The notes: a model not told the origin generated them from the sequence alone. 28,740 bases of DNA from a bacterium (GCA_041690355.1 JAWLHK010000010.1:124001-152740), one strand, 5' to 3'; numbered from the stretch's first letter, positions 1 through 9,107 are shown. Program-made: numbers and translations.

Positions 1-1
1 G

Positions 2-739
2 CTGGGACTCAGCACGTCGCGCATCGTCAGCAAGATTGCCGGCGCCCTCGGCAAGCCGCAGGGGTTCGTCGTCGTCGAGCCGGGCAAGGAGGCCGAGTTC
101 CTCGCGCCGCTGTCCATCGACGACATGCCGGGCATCGGTCCGCGCACGGCCGAGGCGATGCGCGCCGACGGCATTCTGACGCTCGGTGACCTGGGCAAGG
201 TTCCCCCCTCGAGCCGCTGGGCAGAATGGGCCCCCTACGCGCGCGGCGAGGTGCGTGGCGTCGTGGGAATCGAGGAGGAGCGGAAGGGACTGTCGGTGGA
301 GACCACCTTCCGCCATGACCTGGCCGCCGGAGAGAATCTCTGGCATCTCCTGCGCGAAGTGGCCGAAGAGGCGGGGAGGCGCATGCGGCGCGAAGGCCTG
401 CTCGCCCGCACCGTGGGCGTCAAGCTCAAGTATGCGGACTTCACGCAGCAGACGGCGGCGCGCACGCTGGATCGGCCGACCGACATCGACCGCGAGATTT
501 ACGACATTGCCCTCGAGCTGGCGCAGGCGCGCGTGGGGATCCGCAAGCTGCGTCTGATCGGCGTGCAGCTGAGCCACCTGACGGAATCGGAGTCGACCGA
601 GCCGCAGCTGACTCTCTTCCAGGCGCCGGACGACGGCGCGCGCAAGAAGCTGCGGAATCTTGACCGCACGCTCGACAAGCTGCGCGGCCGGTACGGCGAC
701 AACGTGGCGTGGGGGTACAAGAAGCGGGAGGAGGAATGA
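2..739 (+). CDS. dinB: DNA polymerase IV (Y-family), 5'-truncated by the window edge
   Basis: Frame is open from base 2: LGLSTSRIVSKIAGALGKPQGFVVVEPGKEAEFLAPLSIDDMPGIGPRTAEAM (SK/KP.G and PGIG HhH motifs), then a little-finger domain KGLSVETTF...RTVGVKLKYADF...RTL...LRLIGV; C-terminal QLTLF resembles a beta-clamp motif. Confidence 0.93.
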   Translation: MGLSTSRIVSKIAGALGKPQGFVVVEPGKEAEFLAPLSIDDMPGIGPRTAEAMRADGILTLGDLGKVPPSSRWAEWAPYARGEVRGVVGIEEERKGLSVETTFRHDLAAGENLWHLLREVAEEAGRRMRREGLLARTVGVKLKYADFTQQTAARTLDRPTDIDREIYDIALELAQARVGIRKLRLIGVQLSHLTESESTEPQLTLFQAPDDGARKKLRNLDRTLDKLRGRYGDNVAWGYKKREEE

Positions 740-799
740 CCACCTCCCCCGCGGCGCTATGGCGCCGTCGCCCCTCCTCCTCCAGCGAGGAGGAGGGGT
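740..799 (+). repeat. Palindromic intergenic repeat, family B
   Basis: CACCTCCCCCGCGGCGCTATGGCGCCGTCG followed by the stem CCCCTCCTCCTC-cagc-GAGGAGGAGGGG; same architecture as 25580-25641. Confidence 0.7.
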
Positions 800-831
800 T
801 TCGTGCAACGAGGCCTGCGTACTTGTCGCTA

Positions 832-859
832 AGGAATCAGGAATCAGGCATCAGGAATG
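832..859. repeat. Heptamer tandem array (AGGAATC)x4
   Basis: AGGAATC AGGAATC AGGCATC AGGAATG. Confidence 0.85.
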
Positions 860-888
860 GCGCAGTAACGCTGTCGCGTTACTGCGCC
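859..888. terminator. Perfect 13-bp hairpin over the ccmI stop, between convergent dinB and ccm genes
   Basis: GGCGCAGTAACGC-tgtc-GCGTTACTGCGCC; no long U-tract, so terminator function is uncertain. Confidence 0.5.
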
Positions 889-1766
889 TTCGGCAGCTTT
901 TCGGGCTGCGCCAAGGCGCGGATGACCTCTTCGATCTGCTGGGTCATCTGCTCCTTGTACTCCGGTGGCGTGACTTCGAGGAGCTTCGCCCACGTGGCCT
1001 TGGCCCCTTCGATCTCGCCGCGGTGAATCTGCAGCATGCCCGTGAACCAGAGGGCGTCGGGATTGACCGGGTCATCCTTGAGAATGCCGTCAAAGATCTT
1101 TGTCGCATTCTCGACCTGGTTCAGGCGGAGGGTCGAGACGCCGAGGCCGACCCGTGCATCCATGTTCGACGGGTCGAGTTCCAGTGCCTTCTTGTAGGCC
1201 TTGACCGCATCGTCAAAGCGCTCCATGACCATGTACGAACGGCCGAGCATGGCCTGGCCGCGCGGATCGTCGGGGTTTTCGCGCAGGCGCTCTTCCAGAC
1301 GGGCGACCATCTTCGCCGGGTCGGGCTGGCCGTCGGCGCCCATGACGGGGGCCTGGCCGCCTTCGCCGTGACCCGCCGCACTCTGCGGTCCCGCATGCAT
1401 CCAGCCGCCCTTGTAGAGATAGACCCCTGCGGCGACGTTCGCCGTGAGCAGCAGGAGAAAGGCGGCAACGGCCACGCGCAGGCGCTTCCGATCCGCGCTG
1501 TCGTTCTCGGGAAGCGCCTTCAACTTCTTCTCTTCTTCGAGCAGCGCGAGGGCGTCGGTTTCGAGGGACTTGTGCTGCGCCAGATACTCCTCTTCTCCGA
1601 TTTCGCCGTCCTTGCGCAGCTGTGCGAGGGCGGCGAGCTGATCGGCCACTTCGGACTTGCGCGCCTGCACCGCGCGAAGCACCGAGGGGGTGCCCCGGCC
1701 GAAGAGGGGAAGGAAGACCATCAACAGAACGGCTGCGACCAGCGCGGCGCCGGCAATCCAAATCAT
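879..1766 (-). CDS. ccmI: Cytochrome c-type biogenesis protein CcmI/CycH (TPR)
   Basis: N-terminal TM helix, 'L..L..DGEI.EEEY' segment, second TM, then TPR repeats (RLEERLRENPDD..G..MLGRSY; PVNPDALW); last gene of the ccm operon. Confidence 0.88.
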   Translation of the reverse strand: MIWIAGAALVAAVLLMVFLPLFGRGTPSVLRAVQARKSEVADQLAALAQLRKDGEIGEEEYLAQHKSLETDALALLEEEKKLKALPENDSADRKRLRVAVAAFLLLLTANVAAGVYLYKGGWMHAGPQSAAGHGEGGQAPVMGADGQPDPAKMVARLEERLRENPDDPRGQAMLGRSYMVMERFDDAVKAYKKALELDPSNMDARVGLGVSTLRLNQVENATKIFDGILKDDPVNPDALWFTGMLQIHRGEIEGAKATWAKLLEVTPPEYKEQMTQQIEEVIRALAQPEKLPKAQ

Positions 1767-2284
1767 GACTTCTCCTGCGATGAGGCGGCCGGCGAGCGCA
1801 GCGCCTCGATAAGACGATCGGTTTCTTCAAAAGGAACGTCGATGACGTCGTCCTCCGGAGCCTGGCGGGCCGCCGCCGGGGACGCGCCGCGGCGCATGCG
1901 CAGCACGAGGGCGACGAGCCCGGCGACGAGGAGCACGAACGGAAGCATCCAGAGCACCCAGTTCCACCCCTGCTTGCGCGGTTCCATCAGAATGTAATCT
2001 CCATAGCGGGAAACGAAGTAGGCGCGAATCTCGTCCGCGCTTTTTCCATCGCGCACCTGATCGCGAATCAGGTCGCGCATGTTGCGGGCGAGCTGCGAGT
2101 TGGAATCCGCGACGGATTCGTTCTGGCAGACGGCGCAGCGAAGATCTTTCGCCACCTCGCGAACGCGCGTGTCTTCTTCGGTCTCCAGACGCACGGGGAG
2201 CGAAGTCGCCGGTTCACCCTCGGCCTGGAGCGGAAGCGGAAGCGCAAAGAGCAGCGCTGCCGCGAGAAACAGGCGGCGCATCAT
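1763..2284 (-). CDS. ccmH: Cytochrome c-type biogenesis protein CcmH/CcmL
   Basis: Signal peptide, LRCAVCQNESVADSNSQLARNMR motif, FVSRYGDYILMEP, C-terminal TM helix. Confidence 0.96.
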   Translation of the reverse strand: MMRRLFLAAALLFALPLPLQAEGEPATSLPVRLETEEDTRVREVAKDLRCAVCQNESVADSNSQLARNMRDLIRDQVRDGKSADEIRAYFVSRYGDYILMEPRKQGWNWVLWMLPFVLLVAGLVALVLRMRRGASPAAARQAPEDDVIDVPFEETDRLIEALRSPAASSQEKS

Positions 2285-2817
2285 CCCTCGCTCGCCCCCG
2301 TGAGCAGCTTTTCAACCTGTTTCGACAGGCGGGTGTAGTTGATCGGGCCCGCAATCTTCTCGATCACGGTTCCGTCACGGTCGATCAGGTAGGATTCGGG
2401 AACGCCGTAGACGCCGAAGTCGATGGCGAGCCGCCCCTTCTCGTCATACAGATTCACGTAATTTCGCTTCGAACGCTTCACGTATTCCTGCGCGGCGCTG
2501 AGCTCGTCCTGGGTGACGATGCCCACGACGCGGAAATCGGCATTGCCGCCAAAGCGCTTCTGCAGCGCCTCGACCAGCGGTTCATCCGACTTGCAGGTGG
2601 TGCACCAGGTCGCCCAGAAGGTAACCAGCGAAACCTTGCCCTGCAGCTCTTGCGAGCTGAAAACTTTTCCGTCCAGCGTCGGCGCTTCGAACGACGGCGC
2701 CTTCGCGCCTTTCAGCGGCGACGGAATTGCGCGCGGGTTGTTGTCGAGCCCGAAAAAGAACAGGGCCGAAATCCCCAGAATTCCACCTAGCAGCAACGCT
2801 TTCCACAGATTGCTCAT
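2281..2817 (-). CDS. ccmG: Thiol:disulfide oxidoreductase CcmG/DsbE (TlpA family)
   Basis: N-terminal anchor, IPSPL, FWATWCTTC redox motif, GVYGVPESYLIDRDG. Confidence 0.93.
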   Translation of the reverse strand: MSNLWKALLLGGILGISALFFFGLDNNPRAIPSPLKGAKAPSFEAPTLDGKVFSSQELQGKVSLVTFWATWCTTCKSDEPLVEALQKRFGGNADFRVVGIVTQDELSAAQEYVKRSKRNYVNLYDEKGRLAIDFGVYGVPESYLIDRDGTVIEKIAGPINYTRLSKQVEKLLTGASEG

Positions 2818-4772
2818 GCGGGCCTCCCTCGGGGTCGAATGCGGTGCGATAGTCCGATGGCGCCGCCCAGCAGCAGCACGAGAATGCCGCCGAAGACGAA
2901 CCCCACGAACGGATTCAGATAAATGTGCAGGGCCGCGGCGCCGCTCGCCGGATCGATGTCGCCCACGGCGATATACAGCTCGTGCGTGAGCGTCTTGAGC
3001 CGCTTCGGCTCGGTCATCGGCATATCGGCGCGGCCGTAAATGCGCTTTTCCGGCGCCAGGTGCCCCACGCGGGCGCCATCCCGGTAAATATCGAGCTCGC
3101 CGGCGTACCCGTTCCAGTTCGGGCCGACGATGGGGCGCATTCCCTCATAGACGATCTCGTAGTCGCCGATGGCCGTCTTCTCGCCCTTGCCGAGCTGCAC
3201 GGTAGACTGCTGCTGATAGGCGTAGGAGCCGACGAACCCGACGATGAGGACGAAGATCCCCAGGTGCGCCACGAGTCCGCCGAAGCGGCGGCGGTTGGTC
3301 GAGGCCATGCGCGCGAACCCCTGAAGGAACGTGCGTCCCAGGCTGCGCGCGCGGGCGCTGCCGGCGCGGTACCACTCGCGGCCGAGGATCATCGCGCCGA
3401 AGAAGGCCAGCCAGAGCGACACGGCCGCCATCGGCTTGCGCACGCCGACCAGCACGAGCACGAGCGCGATAACGGTCGCGATCACGGCCGGCAACAGAAC
3501 GATGCGCTTGACCTGGGCCCCCGTGAAGCGGCGCCAGGGGACCATGGGCGCGATGGCCATGAGCAGCACATTGACGCTCATGATCGGAATGAACGTCTTG
3601 TTGAAGAACGGCGCCGCGACGGTCACCTTGGTCTCACTCAGCATGTCCATGGCCAGGGGGAACAGGGTGCCGAGCATGACGGTGAAGGTGGCGACGATGA
3701 AGACCAGGTTGTTGAAGAGGAACAGCCCCTCGCGCGAGAAGGTCGGCGCCTCGGCTTCTTCCCCCTGCAGCGTGTCGGAGCGCATCACGAGCAGACCGAA
3801 CGGAATGATGAGGGCAAGAAAGAAGAAGGCCAGCAGAAAGATGCCGCGCGACGGATCGCTGGCGAACGCGTGCACGGAACTGATGATGCCGCTGCGCACG
3901 AGAAAGGTCCCCAGAATCGACAGCGCGAAGGCCGTGATGGCGAGCGACACGTTCCAGATGCGGAAGGACTTGCGCTGCTCCTGCACCATGATCGAGTGGA
4001 CGAGCGCGGTGCCGACGAGCCACGGCATGAACGAGGCGTTCTCGACGGGGTCCCAGGCCCAGTATCCGCCCCAGCCCAGTTCGCGGTAGGCCCAGTGGCC
4101 GCCGAGGGCGATTCCGGCGGTCAGCAGGACCCAGGCAAAGAGGATCCAGCGGCGGCTCACGAAGATCCACCGGTCGCGCCCCCGGCCGGTGATCAGCACG
4201 GCCAGGGCGAACGCGAAGGGAATCGCGAACGCCGTGTAGCCCGCGAACAGGGTCGGCGGGTGAAACGCCATCTGCGGATCCTGCAGCAGCGGATTCAGGT
4301 CGCGGCCGTCGGGCGCCGCGGGAATCAGGCGCTCGAAGGGGCTCGAGAGAAAGAGGATGAGGCTCAGGAACCCGATCTGCACGGAAGCCAGCGTTCCCAT
4401 GACCGGCGGCATGAGATCGGGATCGCTCTTCCAGTGCACGAGCACGGCGGCGGCGGCAAACAGGCTGAGGATGGCCGCCCAGAGCAGCAGCGAGCCCTCG
4501 TGGCCGCCCCAGAGCGCCGCGATCTGGTACATCAGCGGCAGCTTGCTGTTCGAATTCATGGCGACGTAGAGGACCGAGAAGTCCTTCTGGACGAAGGCGT
4601 ACACGAGCGCGAGGCAGGCCGCGAGCAGGAGACCGCCGATGGCCAGCGTCCCCGCGCGGGCGACACGCAGAAACGATGCATCCCAGCGGGCCGCGAGAAT
4701 CGAGGCGACCACGACGAGCGCGCTAAGCGCGAGGGCCAGCACCGTGGCCAGATGGCCGAGTTCAATGATCAC
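2814..4772 (-). CDS. ccmF: Heme lyase CcmF
   Basis: WGGHEGSLLLW, LNPLLQ..MAFHPP, WGGYWAWDPVENASFMPW (WWD domain), GTFLVRSGIISSVHAF. Confidence 0.98.
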   Translation of the reverse strand: MIIELGHLATVLALALSALVVVASILAARWDASFLRVARAGTLAIGGLLLAACLALVYAFVQKDFSVLYVAMNSNSKLPLMYQIAALWGGHEGSLLLWAAILSLFAAAAVLVHWKSDPDLMPPVMGTLASVQIGFLSLILFLSSPFERLIPAAPDGRDLNPLLQDPQMAFHPPTLFAGYTAFAIPFAFALAVLITGRGRDRWIFVSRRWILFAWVLLTAGIALGGHWAYRELGWGGYWAWDPVENASFMPWLVGTALVHSIMVQEQRKSFRIWNVSLAITAFALSILGTFLVRSGIISSVHAFASDPSRGIFLLAFFFLALIIPFGLLVMRSDTLQGEEAEAPTFSREGLFLFNNLVFIVATFTVMLGTLFPLAMDMLSETKVTVAAPFFNKTFIPIMSVNVLLMAIAPMVPWRRFTGAQVKRIVLLPAVIATVIALVLVLVGVRKPMAAVSLWLAFFGAMILGREWYRAGSARARSLGRTFLQGFARMASTNRRRFGGLVAHLGIFVLIVGFVGSYAYQQQSTVQLGKGEKTAIGDYEIVYEGMRPIVGPNWNGYAGELDIYRDGARVGHLAPEKRIYGRADMPMTEPKRLKTLTHELYIAVGDIDPASGAAALHIYLNPFVGFVFGGILVLLLGGAIGLSHRIRPRGRPA

Positions 4773-5219
4773 TTACCACTTCTCCGGTTTCTTGTTCATG
4801 TGCGGATACTTCATCTGCTCCGGATCGTAATCCTCAGAGTGCTTGGCCATGATCTGCTCGGCCTCGAACTCTGCCCCGACGGCGGCAGGCTTCACGCGCC
4901 CTTCGGCGATGGCCATCTGTCCTTCGGCGAACAGATCCGGAGTCACGCCGCGAAAGCGCACGGGCACGGCGTTCGTGCCGTCGGTCACGCGGAAGGAGAG
5001 GTTGAGATCGCCGGCCTTCTGCAGGCTGCCCATCTCGACCTGGCCCGCGAGGCGAATCTTGCGGCCGCTCAGCTCCTTCGACTGCTCGAGCACCTCAGTC
5101 GGGGTATAGAAGTAGACGAGCGATTCCTGGAAGTTGCCGAAGGCCATCCACGCACCGGCGCCGAGGACGACGACGAGGCTCACGGCCGCGGCAATCTTCT
5201 TTTTCTGTTTCGCTTTCAT
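4773..5219 (-). CDS. ccmE: Heme chaperone CcmE
   Basis: N-terminal TM, YFYTPTE, GVTPDLFAEG, heme-binding AKHSEDY (HxxxY). Confidence 0.97.
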   Translation of the reverse strand: MKAKQKKKIAAAVSLVVVLGAGAWMAFGNFQESLVYFYTPTEVLEQSKELSGRKIRLAGQVEMGSLQKAGDLNLSFRVTDGTNAVPVRFRGVTPDLFAEGQMAIAEGRVKPAAVGAEFEAEQIMAKHSEDYDPEQMKYPHMNKKPEKW

Positions 5220-5344
5220 TCCATGGCCTCCAGCGCACGGCGGGCGCTTTTCAATCGGGCCTGAATAACCAGGCGCAGGACGAGGATCGAAACGAAGACC
5301 AGTGTGTAGGTCGACGCGATGAAGACAACCGGATCAGACTTCAT
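5216..5344 (-). CDS. ccmD: Heme exporter protein CcmD (42 aa, not in ORF track)
   Basis: Manual translation MKSDPVVFIASTYTLVFVSILVLRLVIQARLKSARRALEAME*: one TM with Tyr plus a basic tail; fills the ccmC-ccmE gap and overlaps ccmE as ATGA. Confidence 0.85.
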   Translation of the reverse strand: MKSDPVVFIASTYTLVFVSILVLRLVIQARLKSARRALEAME

Positions 5345-6038
5345 AAACCTGCTCCTGCCGGCGGATTTCAAGCGACCGCTCGGCCTCATACATGCGACGG
5401 CCGGCGATTACCAGGTGGACGAAGAGAACGATGAAGGCGACCGTCATGAACAGCAGCGGATACATGATCTCCGGCGCCATGCGCGGACTGTCGGGGCGCA
5501 GCAGCGACGCCGGCTGGTGCAGCGTGCGCCACCAGTAGACCGAGAAGTGGATGATCGGGACGTCCAGGAACCCGATGATGCCGAGCACGGCGGCGAAGCG
5601 GGCGCGCCGGGTTTCGTCGTCGATCAGGGAACGGAGGATGAGGTAGACGGCGTAGATGAGAAAGAGGACGGCGACCGTCGTCAGGCGCGCATCCCACGTC
5701 CACCACGTGCCCCAGGCGAACTTGCCCCAGATGGAACCGGTCGCGAGGCAGAGTCCGTTGAAGACGATGCCGCTCAGGGCGGCCGCGTGGGCGACCGTGT
5801 CGTACTTCAGGTTCCGCGTGCGCAGAAACTGGATGCTCGCCACGAAGATGACGAAGAAGGCGAGAAAGGTGATCCACGCCGACGGCACGTGCACGTACAG
5901 AATCCGCGAGACCGAGCCCTGATAGGCATCGTGCGGCGCGAGCGCGAGCCCCCAGAAGGAGCCCGCGGCGAGCATGACGAGCGCCAGAATTCCCATCCCC
6001 TTTTCCCAGGGACCGGCGCGAAGCGGGAGAGCGGACAT
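5334..6038 (-). CDS. ccmC: Heme exporter CcmC
   Basis: RILYVHVPSAW, WGTWWTWDARLT WWD motif, WWRTLHQ. Start set at ATG 6038, overlapping the ccmB TGA; the track's upstream extension overlaps ccmB. Confidence 0.96.
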   Translation of the reverse strand: MSALPLRAGPWEKGMGILALVMLAAGSFWGLALAPHDAYQGSVSRILYVHVPSAWITFLAFFVIFVASIQFLRTRNLKYDTVAHAAALSGIVFNGLCLATGSIWGKFAWGTWWTWDARLTTVAVLFLIYAVYLILRSLIDDETRRARFAAVLGIIGFLDVPIIHFSVYWWRTLHQPASLLRPDSPRMAPEIMYPLLFMTVAFIVLFVHLVIAGRRMYEAERSLEIRRQEQVYEV

Positions 6039-6709
6039 CAATCCTCCACCAGAAATTCGAAGACCCACAACGAGGCCACAAAGAAGATCGTATCGGCAAT
6101 GCCGAGCAACTGCACCCACGTCGAGACGGCGCCCATGTCCTGCTCGATCAGGGCCGAGAGCGCATGAGAAGCGGCGATGATGATCGGCACCATCAGCGGC
6201 AGCAGCAGGAGCGGAAAGATCAGCTCGCGCGAGCGCAGCGTGACCGTCATGGCCGAAAACAGCGTCCCCAGGGTCGCCATACCGAACGTGCCGAGCCCGA
6301 GCGTGAGCGCCAGCCATCCCCACGAGAACCCGGTCGCCACGGGGAAGAAGGCGAGAAAGAGCGGAATCAGCAGAATCTCGATGATCCCGATGAACAGCAG
6401 GTTCGCCGCCAGCTTGCCGAGAAAGATGGCGGGGAGCGGCGCGGGAGAGGCGACCAGGGCATCCACGGCATCGTTCTGCTTTTCGCCGGCGAACGCCTTG
6501 CCGAGCGAGAGCACGGCCGTGAACGTCACGGTGACCCAGAGCAGCCCGGGCGCCATCTCTTTGGCGGAATCGCCGTCGAGCGGCAGGGCGAAATTGTAGA
6601 TGAGCAGACTCAGGACGCCGAACGCGGCCATCGAGAAGAGGCTCTCGCGACGCCGCAGCTCGATGAGCGCGTCCTTGCGCAGCAGGGCCCAGGCCGCCTT
6701 AAGCCACAT
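6038..6709 (-). CDS. ccmB: Heme exporter permease CcmB
   Basis: KDALIELRRRE, APGLLWV, IFLGKLAAN, LFSAMT..RSRELIFPLLLLPL; multi-TM. Confidence 0.96.
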   Translation of the reverse strand: MWLKAAWALLRKDALIELRRRESLFSMAAFGVLSLLIYNFALPLDGDSAKEMAPGLLWVTVTFTAVLSLGKAFAGEKQNDAVDALVASPAPLPAIFLGKLAANLLFIGIIEILLIPLFLAFFPVATGFSWGWLALTLGLGTFGMATLGTLFSAMTVTLRSRELIFPLLLLPLMVPIIIAASHALSALIEQDMGAVSTWVQLLGIADTIFFVASLWVFEFLVED

Positions 6710-7421
6710 GGTCGGCTCCGTCGATCCGTGCGGAATCGGAATCTGCGGCCAATACCCCCGCCCGGATGCGCACGGCGCGGTGCGGGAGGGTGCGCACGAG
6801 CTCGGGGCTGTGGCTGCTCATGACTACCGTGTTGCCGGCGGCCGCGTGATCGCGCAGAAAGTCGTTGACCATCTCGATACCGGCGGCGTCGAGGCTCGTG
6901 TACGGCTCGTCGAGCAGGAGCAGCGGCGGACGCAGGAGCATGGCGCGGGCGAAACTGAGCCGGCGTTTCATGCCTGCAGAGAAGCCGGCGGCGCGCAGGT
7001 GGCGCACCCGCCAGAGCCCTACGCGCTCGAGTACGTCTTTCAGTTCCGCATCGGTAGCCGCGCGGCCGTAGAGGGCGAGAAAGAAGCGCAGGTTCTCTTC
7101 GGGTTCGAGGTCCTCATAGATCTGCGTGCCGTGGCCGCAGTACATGAGGCGCGCGCGGATGTAGGCCCGCTCTTCGTAGTCTTCGCCGTCGAGCGCGAGG
7201 GTTCCCTCATGCGGCTGGATCAGGCTCGCGAGGATGCGCAGCAGCGTCGTCTTGCCGGCGCCGTTGGGTCCGTAGACGACGACGATCTCGCCGCGGTCTG
7301 CGGTCAGATCGAGGCCGCGCAGGACGGGGACGCCGTTGTAGCGGCGCACGATGCCGTGGGCCCGCAGGAACGGACGCGAAGCCTCGCCCGGCGAGGCGGA
7401 TGTCGAGCTGGAAACATCCAT
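6699..7421 (-). CDS. ccmA: Heme ABC exporter ATP-binding protein CcmA (start approximate)
   Basis: Walker A GPNGAGKTT, signature FSAGMKRR, Walker B LLLLDEPY, SSH switch. The track's 7661 start runs through intergenic repeats, so ATG 7421 is preferred. Confidence 0.93.
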   Translation of the reverse strand: MDVSSSTSASPGEASRPFLRAHGIVRRYNGVPVLRGLDLTADRGEIVVVYGPNGAGKTTLLRILASLIQPHEGTLALDGEDYEERAYIRARLMYCGHGTQIYEDLEPEENLRFFLALYGRAATDAELKDVLERVGLWRVRHLRAAGFSAGMKRRLSFARAMLLRPPLLLLDEPYTSLDAAGIEMVNDFLRDHAAAGNTVVMSSHSPELVRTLPHRAVRIRAGVLAADSDSARIDGADHVA

Positions 7422-7507
7422 GAAAGGGCCGGTTCCAAAGGGGTCGGGCAAACATTCCATTGTACCGAAACGCAGGCACACGTGCCGGTAGTGAGGGACG
7501 TGAAAAC

Positions 7508-7544
7508 GGAGGAGTGGGGGAGTGGGGGAGGGGGAGAGGGGGGG
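7508..7544 (+). repeat. G-rich octamer-like tandem array (GGAGTGGG)
   Basis: GGAGTGGG GGAGTGGG GGAGGGGG AGAGGGGG; similar array at 12574-12610. Confidence 0.75.
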
Positions 7545-7569
7545 ATGAAGCAAGGGCGCCGGGAAGGCC

Positions 7570-7604
7570 GAAGACGAAAAACGAAAAACGCGAAACGAAA
7601 AACC
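7570..7604. repeat. Heptamer tandem array (AAAAACG)x5
   Basis: GAAGACG AAAAACG AAAAACG CGAAACG AAAAACC. Confidence 0.8.
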
Positions 7605-7639
7605 ACGCCGCGCGCCATGCGGATTCTCCGCATCCGCGC

Positions 7640-7685
7640 TTGCAAGAGGGCGCGGCTTCAAGGGACAATGGGCCGTTCAAGGAGG
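7640..7685 (+). promoter_or_regulatory. Putative sigma70 promoter and RBS of the cyclophilin pair
   Basis: TTGCAA (7640-7645)-18 nt-GACAAT (7664-7669); AGGAGG at 7680-7685, ATG at 7693. Confidence 0.45.
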
Positions 7686-7692
7686 ACGTTCC

Positions 7693-8340
7693 ATGCGCAC
7701 ATCCCGTTTTCCGGCACTCGCCGCCATCCTCGTCGCCGCCAGCCTCGCCCTGACGGCCGCGCCCCCCGCCGCCCAGGCCAAGGACAAAGGCGCGCCCGCC
7801 AAGGCCGAGACGAAGAAGAAGGACGAAAAGGGGCTGCCGAAGTTCGCGACCCTGAAGACGACCCTCGGCGACATCAAGATCGAACTCTTTCCCGACAAGG
7901 CGCCCGAGACCGTCGCCAATTTCGTCGGGCTGGCCAAGGGAACCAAGGAATTCAAGGACCCGAAGACCGGCAAGCCGGTGAAGCGGCCGCTCTACGACGG
8001 CACGATTTTCCACCGCGTCATTCCGGGGTTCATGATTCAGGGGGGCGACCCGCTCGGCAACGGCATGGGGGGCCCCGGCTTCGAGTTCAAGAACGAAGAC
8101 AGCGACCTGCGCTTCGACCGCAAGGGGCGCGTCGCCATGGCCAACCGCGGGCGCAACACGAACGGCTCGCAGTTCTTCATCACCGTGGCCGTCACGCCGC
8201 ACCTGAACGGCGGCTACACGATCTTCGGCCAGGTCGTCGAAGGGCAGGCGATCGCCGATCAGATCTCCAAGCTTCCGCGTAACGGCATGGATCGCCCGCA
8301 CGATCCGCCGTCCATCCAGTCCATTACATTCTCGAACTGA
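7693..8340 (+). CDS. Cyclophilin-type peptidyl-prolyl isomerase with signal peptide (exported)
   Basis: Sec signal ending ..[40 protein letters not shown]. Confidence 0.96.
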   Translation: MRTSRFPALAAILVAASLALTAAPPAAQAKDKGAPAKAETKKKDEKGLPKFATLKTTLGDIKIELFPDKAPETVANFVGLAKGTKEFKDPKTGKPVKRPLYDGTIFHRVIPGFMIQGGDPLGNGMGGPGFEFKNEDSDLRFDRKGRVAMANRGRNTNGSQFFITVAVTPHLNGGYTIFGQVVEGQAIADQISKLPRNGMDRPHDPPSIQSITFSN

Positions 8341-8420
8341 AGTTGAATCCGGAAGGGAAGCGGAGCGGCGCCGTCCGTCGCTCCCTTCCCGCTCACTTTC
8401 TGCACGTACCCAGAGGAATC

Positions 8421-8921
8421 ATGCAAGCTGTCGTTCAGACCAACAAGGGAACCATCACGATCAAGCTCTTTCCCGACAAGGCGCCGAAGACCGTCGAGAA
8501 CTTCGTGGGCCTTGCCCAGGGAACGAAGGAATTCACGGATCCCAAGTCGGGGAAGACGGAGAAGCGCCCGTTTTATGACGGCACGATTTTCCACCGCGTG
8601 ATTCCCGACTTCATGATTCAGGGCGGCGACCCGACGGGCACCGGCCGGGGCGGCCCGGGATACAAGTTCGCCGACGAGCAGTCGGATCTGCGCTTCGACA
8701 AGCCGGGCCTGCTCGCCATGGCCAACGCCGGACCGAACACGAACGGCTCGCAGTTCTTCATCACCGTGGGGGCCACGGCATGGCTCAACGGCAAGCACAC
8801 GATCTTCGGCGAAGTGACCGAGGGTTACGATGTCGTGGAAGCGATCTCGAAGGCCCCACGCGGTCCCCAGGACCGGCCGAATCAGGACGTGGTGATCGAA
8901 AAGGTGACGATCGAGGGGTGA
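8421..8921 (+). CDS. Cyclophilin-type peptidyl-prolyl isomerase (cytoplasmic)
   Basis: GAGG RBS before ATG 8421; [47 protein letters not shown]. Confidence 0.96.
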   Translation: MQAVVQTNKGTITIKLFPDKAPKTVENFVGLAQGTKEFTDPKSGKTEKRPFYDGTIFHRVIPDFMIQGGDPTGTGRGGPGYKFADEQSDLRFDKPGLLAMANAGPNTNGSQFFITVGATAWLNGKHTIFGEVTEGYDVVEAISKAPRGPQDRPNQDVVIEKVTIEG

Positions 8922-8929
8922 CCGCTCCC

Positions 8930-8964
8930 CCGGGGGCGCTTCCGCGCCCCCGGCTGTCCTCTTT
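8930..8964 (+). terminator. Putative intrinsic terminator after the cyclophilins
   Basis: CCGGGGGCGC-ttcc-GCGCCCCCGG 10-bp stem followed by pyrimidine-rich CTGTCCTCTTT. Confidence 0.6.
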
Positions 8965-9107
8965 CCATGGGGACACAAGACATCGCTGAAGACATCGGTG
9001 ATTGCCGGCTCTCGAAGGCTCGGGGAGCAGGCACAGGCCGGATCCATGGTAAACAGAACCAGGTGCTCGCATGCCCGTTCACGCTTCGAACGCAGGCGGA
9101 GATCCTG

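Noticed and set aside
7422..7661. 80-aa N-terminal extension of CcmA in the ORF track
   Set aside because: Merely translates the intergenic octamer and heptamer arrays; a TACAAT -10 lies within it.
660..8282. Long plus-strand ORFs 660-1997, 2925-5264, 5319-6167 and 6600-8282
   Set aside because: Antisense or off-frame shadows of ccm and cyclophilin genes, expected in high-GC DNA; no motifs.
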